Assembly (NCBI GenBank): GCA_965230295.1
Contig: OZ246001.1
Location: 1,312,001 to 1,376,000 of the forward strand
Origin: Marinicella sp.
GTDB taxonomy: Bacteria > Pseudomonadota > Gammaproteobacteria > Xanthomonadales > Marinicellaceae
Length of the DNA stretch: 64,000 bases
Direction: 5' to 3'
This document shows positions 8,752 to 18,939 of this stretch, piece after piece. Under the pieces are notes generated by a model. It saw only the letters and a program-made list of their open reading frames with translations. It had not been told where the DNA came from and did not search any database. Position numbers and translations under genes: made by a program. Within the stretch, counting starts at the first letter, position 1. Each line of letters opens with the position of its first letter.

Positions 8752-10224
8752 TCAGTTTGTTTCGTTCAATTTATATTTGTTTATTTTTTGGGCAATGGTG
8801 GTGTGAGACACACCCAACTGCCTGGCGAGTTTTCTGGTCGATGGAAATTTTTGATACCAGTGTTGTAAAAAGTGTTTTTCAAATTCGCTGACGGCTTGGT
8901 TCAGTGTCATGCCTTCTAAATCGGCTTCTAGACTCATCGCACCTTCCAGGTCTAAATCACTGGATTGGATGGTACCATCAGTGGCCAACATCATCGCCTT
9001 GTAGATGGCATGACGCAGTTGGCTGGCATTACCTGGCCAATAATAACGTTTCATCTTAGCCACAGCATCCAATGAAAAAGCCATGTTTTGTCCGAGCTGT
9101 TGATTGAACTGATGTAAGAAATGTTGCATCAAAGGCTCTATGTCTTCAGGTCGATCTCGCAGCGGAGGAACATCAACTCGCAGCACATCCAACAACAGCA
9201 CCAATTCCGGCAGCAACTTCCCGGCTTGTTGGTGGTTTTCCAATTTCTGTGCCGATGAAGCCATCACCCTGATGCAATGATTTTGTTGGTGTTGTTTGAA
9301 ATAATTGAGAACTTTCTGCTGAATGTGTTGGGCCATGAACTCGATGTGGGAGAAAAACAACGTACCTGATTGGTTCAAATCTAAAATACCCGGCTTGTTG
9401 GTGACACCAAATAGCAAACTTTCCATTTCATCACTTTTCATGGCTTGGCAATCAACCACTGTAAACAGTTCATTGTCTCTTTGGCTCAAGCTATGACAAG
9501 CATGCGCCAACAGTGTCTTTCCGGTGCCCGTTTCACCAACGATGTTCAATGGCGCATCGACATTGGCCAGTGTTTTTGCTTTCTGTAAGACCGCACCAAA
9601 GGAATCTGACTGGTACACCAAACGTTCTAAACCATCGATCTCTTCACCTTGCATCACAAAACTGCTGGCTCTGATTTTATCGTAATCCCTGAACAACAAC
9701 ATGGCACCGTTCATGAGTCCTTGACCATCTTGAATACCTTGCACTTCCAGTAACATGGTACCTGCGATGGTTTTGATGTTGACAGGCAAATGAGAATTGG
9801 CTGCTGCATTGACTTTTTCTTGCCAACCTTCAGAAACAAAAACCTGCTTCATTTGCAGCGGCATTTTGTGGTTATCGGTGTGCGGTTTGAATAACGACAT
9901 GGCTTTGTCGTTGGCATATGAAATTTGACCTTTGTTATTCACGCCCAAAACCGGATCTGGCATCACTTGCATCAATGACTCCAACATGTTCTGGGTTTCT
10001 ACACCAGGCAAGACTTCAATCTGATTGACCCATTTGATGCCAGGAATTTTCATCAGCTGACTGGCTATGGTGCCCTGGATTGGTTTGTCCAAGTCCTGGG
10101 TATGCAAATAGATTTTGCCATCTTCTACTTCGACTTTAATCAGATCGGCCTGGTGACTCCTCAACAACGACAAAACATCGTCAGTGATTCCCAGTTTATT
10201 TTCTGTTGTGATGGCTAGCTTCAT
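8752..10224 (-). CDS. TyrR/PhhR-family transcriptional regulator (ACT-PAS-AAA+-HTH)
   Basis: MKLAITTENKLGIT ACT-type start; GETGTGKT; no GAFTGA; C-terminal PSTRKLARQLGVSHTTIAQKINKY characteristic of TyrR/PhhR. Confidence 0.9.
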   Translation of the reverse strand: MKLAITTENKLGITDDVLSLLRSHQADLIKVEVEDGKIYLHTQDLDKPIQGTIASQLMKIPGIKWVNQIEVLPGVETQNMLESLMQVMPDPVLGVNNKGQISYANDKAMSLFKPHTDNHKMPLQMKQVFVSEGWQEKVNAAANSHLPVNIKTIAGTMLLEVQGIQDGQGLMNGAMLLFRDYDKIRASSFVMQGEEIDGLERLVYQSDSFGAVLQKAKTLANVDAPLNIVGETGTGKTLLAHACHSLSQRDNELFTVVDCQAMKSDEMESLLFGVTNKPGILDLNQSGTLFFSHIEFMAQHIQQKVLNYFKQHQQNHCIRVMASSAQKLENHQQAGKLLPELVLLLDVLRVDVPPLRDRPEDIEPLMQHFLHQFNQQLGQNMAFSLDAVAKMKRYYWPGNASQLRHAIYKAMMLATDGTIQSSDLDLEGAMSLEADLEGMTLNQAVSEFEKHFLQHWYQKFPSTRKLARQLGVSHTTIAQKINKYKLNETN

Positions 10225-10227
10225 CTG

Positions 10228-10245
10228 TGTAAGAATTTCCGTACA
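10228..10245. promoter_or_regulatory. TyrR box (probable autorepression site)
   Basis: TGTAAG-N6-CGTACA versus consensus TGTAAA-N6-TTTACA; lies between the regulator ATG and a minus-strand TATAAT (10245-10250). Confidence 0.65.
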
Positions 10246-10271
10246 TTATATTTATTATTTACAATCAATGG

Positions 10272-10312
10272 TTTATCGTTTTTTTGACGGCTGTTGTAAT
10301 GAAAATGTTACG
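10272..10312. promoter_or_regulatory. TyrR box pair (weak plus strong) upstream of megL
   Basis: TGTAAT-N6-GTTACG at 10295-10312; weaker TTTATC-N6-TTGACG 23 bp upstream. Confidence 0.6.
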
Positions 10313-10384
10313 TATTCTAACTTGGTTGAAGGTTGGCCACAACCTAAAATGAATGCATCAGCAATAACAATTGAATCTAAGGTT

Positions 10385-11623
10385 ATGAAAACTTCTCATG
10401 AAAAACATTTTGCCACCCAAGCCATCCATGCAGGCTATGATCCAAAATCCAACCAAGGAGCCCTGACCCCACCCATTCACGTCAGTTCCACTTATGCTTT
10501 TGATACAGTTGAACAAGGCGGTGCTGCCTTCCAGGGGGAGAATGATCGATTCATCTATGCCCGGCTTGGATCACCTTCACAACAAGTACTGGAACACAGG
10601 CTGGCACAACTGGAGCAAGCAGAAGCAGCGCTGGCTACCGCATCAGGTATGGGTGCCATCACCGCCACCATGTGGGCGTTGGTGAAACCAGGCGATGAAA
10701 TCATTGCTGATTTAAGTTTATACGGCTGTACCTTCAGTTTTCTCGAACATGGCCTGAAGTCATTTGGTATCAAGATTACTTACTTGAATTTATCGGACCC
10801 TAAAAATCTGGTGGATAACATGTCCTCAAAAACCAAATTGGTCTACTCGGAAACCCCCAGTAACCCCAACATGCGACTGGTTGATATCAAGGCTTTGGCT
10901 GATGTTACAAAACAACACGATTGTAAACTGATGATTGACAACACTTATTGCACACCCTACCTGCAAAACCCATTGGCCTTAGGTGCTGATTTGGTGGTGC
11001 ATTCAGCGACCAAATACCTCAGTGGGCATGGCGATTTGATCGCAGGGTTTGTGGCTGGTACGCAAGAAGACATTGACCACATTCGCCTGTTTGGTCTGAA
11101 AGACATGACCGGTGCTGTGATTTCTGGATTCGATGTGGCCTTGTTGTTGCGGGGCATCAAAACCTTACATGTGCGAATGGAACGCCACTGCGAAAATGCC
11201 CAACAAGTGGCCGAATACCTGGACCAATCACACCATGTCAAACGCACGTTTTACCCCGGCTTAAAAAACTTTCCCCAACAAGCACTGGCGCAGCAACAAA
11301 TGCATTTGTCAGGCGGCATGATCGCCTTTGAATTACACGCAACTCGTGAACAGTCGGCAAAATTTGTAAACAGCCTGAAAATGATTTTGTGCGCAGTCAG
11401 TCTCGGTGATGCCGAGACCTTGATTCAACACCCGGCTTCCATGACCCACTCAACTTATACCGAAGAAGAATTGTTGGCCCATTTAATCAGCCCCACTTTA
11501 ATCCGATTATCAGTCGGTTTGGAACACATTGATGACATCATCGCTGATTTAGATCAGGCTTTCGAATCGGTGTTTTCTTCACCCGCAGGGGTTGCTAACA
11601 AAGGATTGGCAATTTGGGCTTGA
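10385..11623 (+). CDS. megL: Methionine gamma-lyase
   Basis: FATQAIHAG, IYARLGSP, LYGCTF (Cys typical of MGL), HSATKYLSGHGD, GLKDMTGA, AVSLGDAETLIQHPASMTHS; start set at ATG 10385. Confidence 0.92.
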   Translation: MKTSHEKHFATQAIHAGYDPKSNQGALTPPIHVSSTYAFDTVEQGGAAFQGENDRFIYARLGSPSQQVLEHRLAQLEQAEAALATASGMGAITATMWALVKPGDEIIADLSLYGCTFSFLEHGLKSFGIKITYLNLSDPKNLVDNMSSKTKLVYSETPSNPNMRLVDIKALADVTKQHDCKLMIDNTYCTPYLQNPLALGADLVVHSATKYLSGHGDLIAGFVAGTQEDIDHIRLFGLKDMTGAVISGFDVALLLRGIKTLHVRMERHCENAQQVAEYLDQSHHVKRTFYPGLKNFPQQALAQQQMHLSGGMIAFELHATREQSAKFVNSLKMILCAVSLGDAETLIQHPASMTHSTYTEEELLAHLISPTLIRLSVGLEHIDDIIADLDQAFESVFSSPAGVANKGLAIWA

Positions 11624-13503
11624 TTTTTAAGCCCAATCACCAATTCTTGTAAATAATCTGCTGTTACTTGTTCTGGGGGCACCGGATCTCCGACCAGCAT
11701 TTCGACCTTGGCCATGAACTTTCTAGGCCTGCGGTCAATGACCTTTTTGTCATAACGAGACATCATGCTACCCCATAAGTTATTCAGAGCCATCGGTACC
11801 ACCGGCACTGGTGTTTCATTGATGATGCGTTCAATGCCTTTCTTGAATTGTCCAATTTGACCATCCGGGGTTAAACCACCTTCTGGAAAAATACACACCA
11901 CATCACCATCGGCCAAGGCTTCTCGGACCGAAGCAAACGCCGCTTCCATCATTTCAGGGTCTTCTTTGGCACTGGCTATGGGAATGGTTTTAGCGGCTTT
12001 GAACAAGAATCTCATGCCAAAGGTGTTGTAAATCTTGTGGTACATCACAAAGCGAGAAGGCCTCCTGACCCGACCCATGATGATGGCAGGATCAACGAAG
12101 CTGACATGGTTACATACCAACACAACCGGGCCTTCTGCCGGTATTTTTTCCAGGCCTTTGTACTTCACTCGATAGACCATTGAAACCAACAACCAAGCGA
12201 TCAAGCGCAGGATAAATTCCGGCACAATGGTAAAAATGTACAAACACACTATGACATGCAGCACCACAGTGATCATGAATAATTCTGGAATGCTCCATCC
12301 CAACACACCCAACACCACCATGCCAAGTATCGCAGCGACCACCATAAACATGGCGTTGATGATGTTGTTACCCGCGATGATGCGTGACACTTGGGTGGCA
12401 TCCGAGCGCTCCTGAACCAAGGAATACAAAGGGACAATGTATAAGCCGCCAAATACGCCAATCATGGCCAGATCAATACAAACCCTGTAGGCGCCGGGTA
12501 CTGCCATCACTGCATTGATACCCAAGTCGCTTAATTCTGAAACAGGCCACTGGTGGCTGACCCAATACAAATCAAAACCAAACCAAGCCAGGCCAACAGC
12601 TCCCACCGGCACCAAGCCAATTTCTACCCGCCGGCCAGAGAGTTTTTCACACAACAGGGAACCCAAGCCAATACCAATTGAGAACATGGTCAACAACAAC
12701 GTCACCACATGTTCATTACCACTGAGAACGGTGCGGGAAAAATTGGGCATTTGGGCCAGAAACACCGAACCAAAAAACCAAAACCAGGAAATGCCCAGCA
12801 CGGACAAGAACACCACCCTTTTTTCTGGCAAAATGCGCAGGTTTTTGGCCGTGGCACGCCACAGGTTCCAATCCAGTTTTATGGTGGGCTCAGCGGCTAC
12901 ACACAATGGGATGTTTCGTGCTGATAAATAACCCAAAGTCGCGAAGGTCACCACCGCCGCAGAAATCGGGATGAAAGAATCCAAAGCAATCAAAATTCCA
13001 CCCAAAATCGTGCCTAACAGGATTGAGATGAAGGTACTCGCTTCGACCAAACCATTTCCACCCATCAATTCATGATTACTTAATTTTTCCGGTAAATACC
13101 CGTATTTAACTGGTCCAAATAAAGTCGACTGTGACCCCATCAAGAACAACACGAAAATCAACAACGGAACACTGTTCAAATAAAAGCCCACCGATGCCAA
13201 TAACATGATAGAAATCTCTACCATTTTGACCCGTCTGATCAAAATCGATTTTTCAAACTTATCAGCCACCTGGCCAGCAAAGGCTGAAAATAAAAAGAAT
13301 GGCAGGATAAATAAGCCAAATGCCAGGTTGGTCAGGATATCAACTTGATCTTCAGCCACCCGAAATGCAATCATGATGACCAAAGCATTCTTAAAGACAT
13401 TGTCATTGAAAGCACCAAAAAACTGGGTTAAAAAGAAGGGTAAAAAGCGACGTTGCTTGAGTAATTGAAATTGTGATTTATCTGACATGTTTAACTGGGT
13501 CAA
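11554..13503 (-). CDS. MFS transporter fused to PlsC-type acyltransferase (LplT/Aas-like)
   Basis: RRFLPFFLTQFFGAFNDNVFKNAL, FGPVKYG; C-terminal CNHVSFVD and IFPEG. Confidence 0.92.
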   Translation of the reverse strand: MTQLNMSDKSQFQLLKQRRFLPFFLTQFFGAFNDNVFKNALVIMIAFRVAEDQVDILTNLAFGLFILPFFLFSAFAGQVADKFEKSILIRRVKMVEISIMLLASVGFYLNSVPLLIFVLFLMGSQSTLFGPVKYGYLPEKLSNHELMGGNGLVEASTFISILLGTILGGILIALDSFIPISAAVVTFATLGYLSARNIPLCVAAEPTIKLDWNLWRATAKNLRILPEKRVVFLSVLGISWFWFFGSVFLAQMPNFSRTVLSGNEHVVTLLLTMFSIGIGLGSLLCEKLSGRRVEIGLVPVGAVGLAWFGFDLYWVSHQWPVSELSDLGINAVMAVPGAYRVCIDLAMIGVFGGLYIVPLYSLVQERSDATQVSRIIAGNNIINAMFMVVAAILGMVVLGVLGWSIPELFMITVVLHVIVCLYIFTIVPEFILRLIAWLLVSMVYRVKYKGLEKIPAEGPVVLVCNHVSFVDPAIIMGRVRRPSRFVMYHKIYNTFGMRFLFKAAKTIPIASAKEDPEMMEAAFASVREALADGDVVCIFPEGGLTPDGQIGQFKKGIERIINETPVPVVPMALNNLWGSMMSRYDKKVIDRRPRKFMAKVEMLVGDPVPPEQVTADYLQELVIGLKNQAQIANPLLATPAGEENTDSKA

Positions 13504-13608
13504 TAAGTAAGGTGGTCAGTTTAGCATTCCTCAGGGCTCTTGCCAGCAACATTTCAATCAGCTGCACACCAAGCAACTTCGGTGTTGTCTGGTGATACTG
13601 TAACAACA

Positions 13609-14964
13609 TCAATCTTCAATGTCTGCAACGAACTGTTTGATGACAACCGATTCAAGCACCAATGACTCGCCGGCCTCAACCAATTGATCCACTTCTGCGG
13701 TGGGCAGTTGCAAAGCAGTTTCAATCGCTGCCAGTTCCGAAGAACCAGGTTCACCCACATGACTGAAATTCAATTCCGTGGTGTAAATTTTGAAATCATC
13801 ACAATCTGCGCTGAAAAACTCCGCACAACGCCCTTGCTGCACTTCTTGTTCCCACCTTGGCACACTCAGTTCCAATAAATCCAAAGTGTCGGCATTGTAG
13901 TTTTGCGATTGGATGGTGGTGGCTGCATCTAACGTTTGGGCTGCACTGGGTGTTTTGGCTGACTTTGATAACTCTGGATTTAATGTGGCCGCTGCATTGA
14001 CCACCACAAACAAAACTTTTTTGGTGTTGGTCAAGCGATAAGCCTTGAGTGCTTTCCAAAAGTTATCGTCCTGAATATAGATTTGATTCAACAAAGCCCT
14101 GACGCCTAAATTATCAGCCACACCACCATCAACCAGATGTAGGTATGGATGCGTCTGCTTATTGCGGAAACTTCTGATCTTCAGAGCCTGGTGCTTGTAT
14201 CTGACATCGTCATGCACCGCCTTGTCCTGATAGACAAACGGATCACACCCGTCATAATTTTCCAACATCACTGGCGAAAACAAGACCGGTACCGCTGATG
14301 AAGCAGTCACGGCTTTTCCCACTGGGAACGTGGCCAAATCTGAACACAACCAGCGAAAATGATCATCAGTGAACGTGAAACCAGTCCCTGTGGCCACATC
14401 GGTGGCATTGATCAAAATACCTGGACCATCAACACGCATATCAGCGAATGTTTTGTCTTTAAAAATATGTTTTTGGTAATACTGGGTGGTCAAATCACTG
14501 CGACTGAACCCTCCCGACATGAAGCGAAACCAATTGATCGGGTTGATAAAAAAACGTCTGGCTAAACGACTTTGTAAACTAGTTTTCAAAAAATCCGACT
14601 CAAAATCGGTGAACAATTTGTCACCGAACAAACCATAATAAGCTGAAGTGAAACTGCCACCGGACACCGATGAAATCACATCCACCAAAGCCAAAAGTTC
14701 AACCTGGTGTTGGCTGTTCAGTTGTACAGGCGTGGCCCGCAACCCTTTCATCACACCATAGGCAAATGCCGCAGCCCGTGTGCCACCACCAGAAAAAGTT
14801 AAAATAACAGTCACATCGTCATTGTGTCCGTACGAGCCGAATCGTTCTGGCAATGTCAACATTTTGGAGGCTTCATTCAGAGGCTTATTCTGGGCCTGTT
14901 TGTTGGCCGCGCAGCTGAGCATCAAAATCGATGCCAGTAACAAAAAACACAATCGACTCATCAT
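13609..14964 (-). CDS. Patatin-like phospholipase, probable lipoprotein
   Basis: SGGGTRAA, SVSGGS, LVDGGVADN; LMLSC lipobox-like. Confidence 0.88.
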   Translation of the reverse strand: MMSRLCFLLLASILMLSCAANKQAQNKPLNEASKMLTLPERFGSYGHNDDVTVILTFSGGGTRAAAFAYGVMKGLRATPVQLNSQHQVELLALVDVISSVSGGSFTSAYYGLFGDKLFTDFESDFLKTSLQSRLARRFFINPINWFRFMSGGFSRSDLTTQYYQKHIFKDKTFADMRVDGPGILINATDVATGTGFTFTDDHFRWLCSDLATFPVGKAVTASSAVPVLFSPVMLENYDGCDPFVYQDKAVHDDVRYKHQALKIRSFRNKQTHPYLHLVDGGVADNLGVRALLNQIYIQDDNFWKALKAYRLTNTKKVLFVVVNAAATLNPELSKSAKTPSAAQTLDAATTIQSQNYNADTLDLLELSVPRWEQEVQQGRCAEFFSADCDDFKIYTTELNFSHVGEPGSSELAAIETALQLPTAEVDQLVEAGESLVLESVVIKQFVADIED

Positions 14965-15013
14965 CCAGTTTTCAAACCTTGGTAGCTCAAGGTCATTCTA
15001 GCATGCCTGAGCA

Positions 15014-15352
15014 TCAACCTGCTGGATGGCGCCACAAAGCCCTGAACAACAACAACCAACACAGTCCATCAAACAGGGCTATGCCAGCATACCAGAACAT
15101 CACCATGCCAGAAGTTTGCATGGCCACGGCCATGGCCCAAATGGCCACTCCCATCACTGGTATAAAAGCCAGAAAAGCCAACCAGCGCCAACCTAAATAC
15201 AAACCTTTGGCAGTCACCAAACCCAACAGACCAAAGGCCGCCATCAAGTATGTGCTGTTATGTAGACCTGCCACCAACAACAAAGTGATTTGCAACACCG
15301 AGCAAGCCACCATGCACAAGGCTGAAGAATGAAATGCTTCGTTATGATTCAT
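15014..15352 (-). CDS. Small membrane protein (about 4 TM), unknown function
   Basis: Hydrophobic 112-aa ORF whose start overlaps the upstream cytochrome gene stop. Confidence 0.65.
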   Translation of the reverse strand: MNHNEAFHSSALCMVACSVLQITLLLVAGLHNSTYLMAAFGLLGLVTAKGLYLGWRWLAFLAFIPVMGVAIWAMAVAMQTSGMVMFWYAGIALFDGLCWLLLFRALWRHPAG

Positions 15353-15986
15353 CGGCTTGCTCCTGTAAGGTTAAAGATTCGACTGGATCGTCACCAGGAC
15401 ATGGCAAACCAGCCACGCCCCATGACAGGATATCAGTCACATGCTCTTTCAATGAATAAGGCGCAGGTTCCCGATCTCCTCCTGGGTGCCAAGCCCAATG
15501 CAAGATCACATCATGACCCAAATGGGCAGCAATGTCTTCATAGGTTCGATTGCCATTGCTTTCGGGGTCTCTGAGCTGTTGACAGATTTCATCCGAACTT
15601 TTGCCAAACCAGGCCGCTTCAACAGGTGCCAAACGCCAGGGTGATTGAACACCGGGTGCTCCATGTGCGGCCTCACTTGTGCTGCTGGTGTGGCAGGTAC
15701 TGCACAACAAAGATTCAGCCCCGATGCGACTGGTTCCCGCGTTGATGTTCATACCATGGCGTTGGGTTTTCCCATAACTGGGACCCGACCACATAGGATA
15801 GGGGCTGTCGCCCACATGGCAGTTGGCACACCTGGGATGTGAAGCCACTGCATAAATCCTTTGCCAACTGACCAATCCTTGCTCTCGACTGACACTGCCC
15901 TCGGCAGGCGCCTCTGGCAACTCAAGTTCTGCAGCCAAACTGCATCCAATACCCAAAACCAACATCAGAATGATAGATTTCATCAT
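15342..15986 (-). CDS. Periplasmic c-type cytochrome of IorAB-type clusters
   Basis: Signal peptide MMKSIILMLVLG; HPRCANCH and LCSTCH; start set at ATG 15986 after ggagg. Confidence 0.82.
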   Translation of the reverse strand: MMKSIILMLVLGIGCSLAAELELPEAPAEGSVSREQGLVSWQRIYAVASHPRCANCHVGDSPYPMWSGPSYGKTQRHGMNINAGTSRIGAESLLCSTCHTSSTSEAAHGAPGVQSPWRLAPVEAAWFGKSSDEICQQLRDPESNGNRTYEDIAAHLGHDVILHWAWHPGGDREPAPYSLKEHVTDILSWGVAGLPCPGDDPVESLTLQEQADES

Positions 15987-15996
15987 GGCAGCCTCC

Positions 15997-18237
15997 TTAA
16001 ACAAAATCGATGTGATGGTTGAACGGCATTTCACGGATCCGCTGACCTGTTGCCGCAAAAATGGCATTGGCCAAGGCAGGGGCCGCCGGAGGTACAGGCG
16101 GCTCACCGATGCCCCTGACTTGTTTGGCATTTTCCAAGCCTTTGACCACAATTTTGGGGCATTGGTGCATGCGCATGCCTTCATGTTGGTGGTAATTGTG
16201 TTGCTGTGCTCGACCATCGGCATAGGTGATTTCACAATTCATGGCATGACCCAAACCCCAGACCACACCACCTTTGACCAGGTTATCGAAGTTAATTGGA
16301 TCAATCACTTGACCCACGTCAGCCACCACAGTGACTTGATCGATTCTGATTCCGCGGTCTGTGTTGGTGACCTCAACCACTTCAGCCACAGGCACCCCAA
16401 AGGATTGAACCAAAGCAATGCCCCGACCTTGGTTAGGACCCAAAGGCTGATCCCAGCCAGCAAGTTTACCGGCCTCAATCAACACTTGCTTGGCCACTTC
16501 ATCGTTACATAAACGGATGCGTTCGGCCAGCGGATCTGCGCCCGCAGCATGGATCAATTCATCCAACACACTGTCTGCAAAAAAACCGGCTGTGGATGCA
16601 CCCACTGAACGCCATGACGAAGTGGGCGCCAATTCGGGAACTCGATAGGCACTGACTTTGAAATTGGGTATCGCATACGGCAAGTTCCAGGCCCCTTCGG
16701 TGATTTGTTTGTCGGGCCCAGGCATGGGCATGTCCATGCGCTTACCTTGTGAACTGGAAGAAGATACGGTGGCCACTTGCAAGTCCATGGCCATCACTTT
16801 TCCATCGGCAACTTGACCTTGTCCTCTGGCCATGCCGATTTGCCGGGTGAAGTCTTGCGCAAAATCCTGCTCTCTGGAAAAGGTTAATTTAATGGTTTGG
16901 CCTGGCATTTGCTGACCAATTTCAGCGGCCAAAATGACATTTTCAAATTCCAATCGATGACCAAAACTACCACCAGCATACTGTTGATGAATGTGAACCC
17001 TGGATTCATCGACACCAGTGATGGCGGCGACTTTTTGTAACACAAAGCGTGGAATTTGGTGCGCCACCCACACATCAACCTGTTGTTCTGTGTATTTAAT
17101 CACTGCATTCAATGGTTCCAACGGTTGGTGAGCCACATAGGGTGCTTTGTACTCAACATCGACTTGAGCACCAGATTGCAGCGCCTCTGACGCATCTCCC
17201 TCATCTAGCCACACTTTATCCAGCCGCTCTTCGGTGAATGAATCAGCGACGGCCTGCCAATGAGCTGCCTGTTCAGCTGGGTAAGGTGCCTCTGCCCATT
17301 CGCATTGAATGGCTTCAGCCGCTTTGAAAGCACGCCATGAATTATCAGCCACCACGGCAACGCCGTTGGTCACTTTCAGTGTCTGTTTGACACCGCGCAT
17401 GATTTTGGCTTGACTGTCATCATATGAATTCAATTGAGCCCCTTTTCTTGGGTTGATGCTAACGGCAGCAAATAACATGTCCTTAAGAGACAGGTCAATC
17501 CCATAATCTAATGTCCCGGTGGACTTACTGATCACATCCAATCGTTGCATCGGCTGGCCCAACAGACGCCAATCTTTCGGATCTCTCAAGGTGTCATGGT
17601 GAACGGGTGTTATTTCAGCGGCGAGACCAGCCAATTGGGTATACGGTATGCGCTGCCCATCTGGCAACACCACGGCACCAGCGCTTGTTGTCAGTTCCTC
17701 AATGGCAACATCCGTTTGGATTGAAGCGGCCAACTTAAGTGTTTCTCGAGCTGTGGCACCAGCAACCCTTAATTTATCCAAAGAATCTGGAATGGTGGTT
17801 GAACCCCCGGTAACCTGAAAACCCATGATTTTAACCATTGATCCCATCAAACCTCGCATGGTTTCTGCAGTTAAACTGGTATCAGTCGATCTAAAAGGTA
17901 CTGTTTCTGAGGCCATGGCTGTGTTGAAATAGGCCGCATCAGGCACACCAAAACTGATGTCAAACTGGTCCATTTCCAAATCCAGTTCCTCGGCGATCAT
18001 GGCTGCTTGCACTGAGGCCACACCTTGACCCATGTCCATATGTGGAACGATCAAAGTGATCTTTTCCTCACTGATCAAGACCCAAGGATTGAATGTCGCT
18101 TCACCTTTTTTCAGACCAGCTGCCAATGGGTTATCGACCGACTTATTGGCCAAAAAAGTACCGAAGGCCACACCACCAGCTATGACTGAGGAGCCCACCA
18201 AAAAGGTGCGACGGGTGATGGTTTTCAATGCCCCCAT
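15997..18237 (-). CDS. Xanthine oxidase-family molybdopterin subunit (IorB-like), Tat-type N-terminus
   Basis: ITRRTFL, DMGQG, TGGST, GGSFG, WRSVG, GIGEPPVPPAAPALANAIFAATG. Confidence 0.93.
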   Translation of the reverse strand: MGALKTITRRTFLVGSSVIAGGVAFGTFLANKSVDNPLAAGLKKGEATFNPWVLISEEKITLIVPHMDMGQGVASVQAAMIAEELDLEMDQFDISFGVPDAAYFNTAMASETVPFRSTDTSLTAETMRGLMGSMVKIMGFQVTGGSTTIPDSLDKLRVAGATARETLKLAASIQTDVAIEELTTSAGAVVLPDGQRIPYTQLAGLAAEITPVHHDTLRDPKDWRLLGQPMQRLDVISKSTGTLDYGIDLSLKDMLFAAVSINPRKGAQLNSYDDSQAKIMRGVKQTLKVTNGVAVVADNSWRAFKAAEAIQCEWAEAPYPAEQAAHWQAVADSFTEERLDKVWLDEGDASEALQSGAQVDVEYKAPYVAHQPLEPLNAVIKYTEQQVDVWVAHQIPRFVLQKVAAITGVDESRVHIHQQYAGGSFGHRLEFENVILAAEIGQQMPGQTIKLTFSREQDFAQDFTRQIGMARGQGQVADGKVMAMDLQVATVSSSSSQGKRMDMPMPGPDKQITEGAWNLPYAIPNFKVSAYRVPELAPTSSWRSVGASTAGFFADSVLDELIHAAGADPLAERIRLCNDEVAKQVLIEAGKLAGWDQPLGPNQGRGIALVQSFGVPVAEVVEVTNTDRGIRIDQVTVVADVGQVIDPINFDNLVKGGVVWGLGHAMNCEITYADGRAQQHNYHQHEGMRMHQCPKIVVKGLENAKQVRGIGEPPVPPAAPALANAIFAATGQRIREMPFNHHIDFV

Positions 18238-18238
18238 C

Positions 18239-18709
18239 TCACACCTCCCCACGCAACTTGGCCGCTGCAGTTTTCACCGCCTCGCGGATTCTCGGATAGG
18301 TCCCACAACGACACAAGTTGGCGGACATGGCCAAATCAATGTCATCATCGCTGGGGTTGGGCTTGAATTTCAAAAATGATGCAGCTGACATGATTTGGCC
18401 AGACTGGCAATAGCCACATTGTGCCACCTGGTGTTCCACCCAAGCCGCTTGCACTGCATGCAAAGTTTCAGGGTCACCTAAACCCTCGATGGTGGTAATT
18501 TCTCGACCTGCAGCCTCACCAGCGCGTAGCTGACAGGAACGGACCGCCAGTCCATCCATGTGGACGGTACAAGCACCGCACTGAGCAATACCACAACCGT
18601 ATTTAGTGCCGGTTAAATTCAATTCATCTCTAAGCACCCACAACAAAGGCATGTCTTCTTCAACATCAACCTCATGCGAGACACCATTAATAGTTATTTG
18701 CATCATCAA
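18239..18709 (-). CDS. [2Fe-2S] small subunit (IorA-like)
   Basis: [35 protein letters not shown]. Confidence 0.95.
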   Translation of the reverse strand: MMMQITINGVSHEVDVEEDMPLLWVLRDELNLTGTKYGCGIAQCGACTVHMDGLAVRSCQLRAGEAAGREITTIEGLGDPETLHAVQAAWVEHQVAQCGYCQSGQIMSAASFLKFKPNPSDDDIDLAMSANLCRCGTYPRIREAVKTAAAKLRGEV

Positions 18710-18775
18710 CCCCTGAGTGTATTTCCCTATGATTTTAAACGATTTAGTGACACTTGAGCAGATGTTTACTCAGAT

Positions 18776-18883
18776 TGGCACACTTTGCCAGTCAATGGCA
18801 CACTTTGCATGTGATCAACAACCGGCTGACTAACCAGTGGCAACACTTGGCACCAATGGATGGTCAACTGGCGCCATTGGATG
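18776..18883. promoter_or_regulatory. Two pairs of direct repeats, candidate AraC-family operators
   Basis: TGGCACACTTTGC at 18776 and 18796; TGGCACCAATGGATG at 18848 and TGGCGCCATTGGATG at 18869. Confidence 0.55.
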
Positions 18884-18939
18884 ATGTGTTTTACATTGAA
18901 AAGCAGATAATTGAAACACACGAACTACGGAGCACAACC

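Noticed and set aside
10184-10384. N-terminal extension of megL in the ORF track
   Set aside because: Overlaps the divergent gene and operator sites; family similarity begins near ATG 10385. Same reasoning applied to extensions at 16235, 18754, 36207, 39579, 44893, 52991 and 61573
15970-16512. 180-aa plus-strand ORF and similar antisense ORFs (e.g. 26716-27246, 32911-33516, 37028-37567)
   Set aside because: Shadows of well-supported genes on the opposite strand
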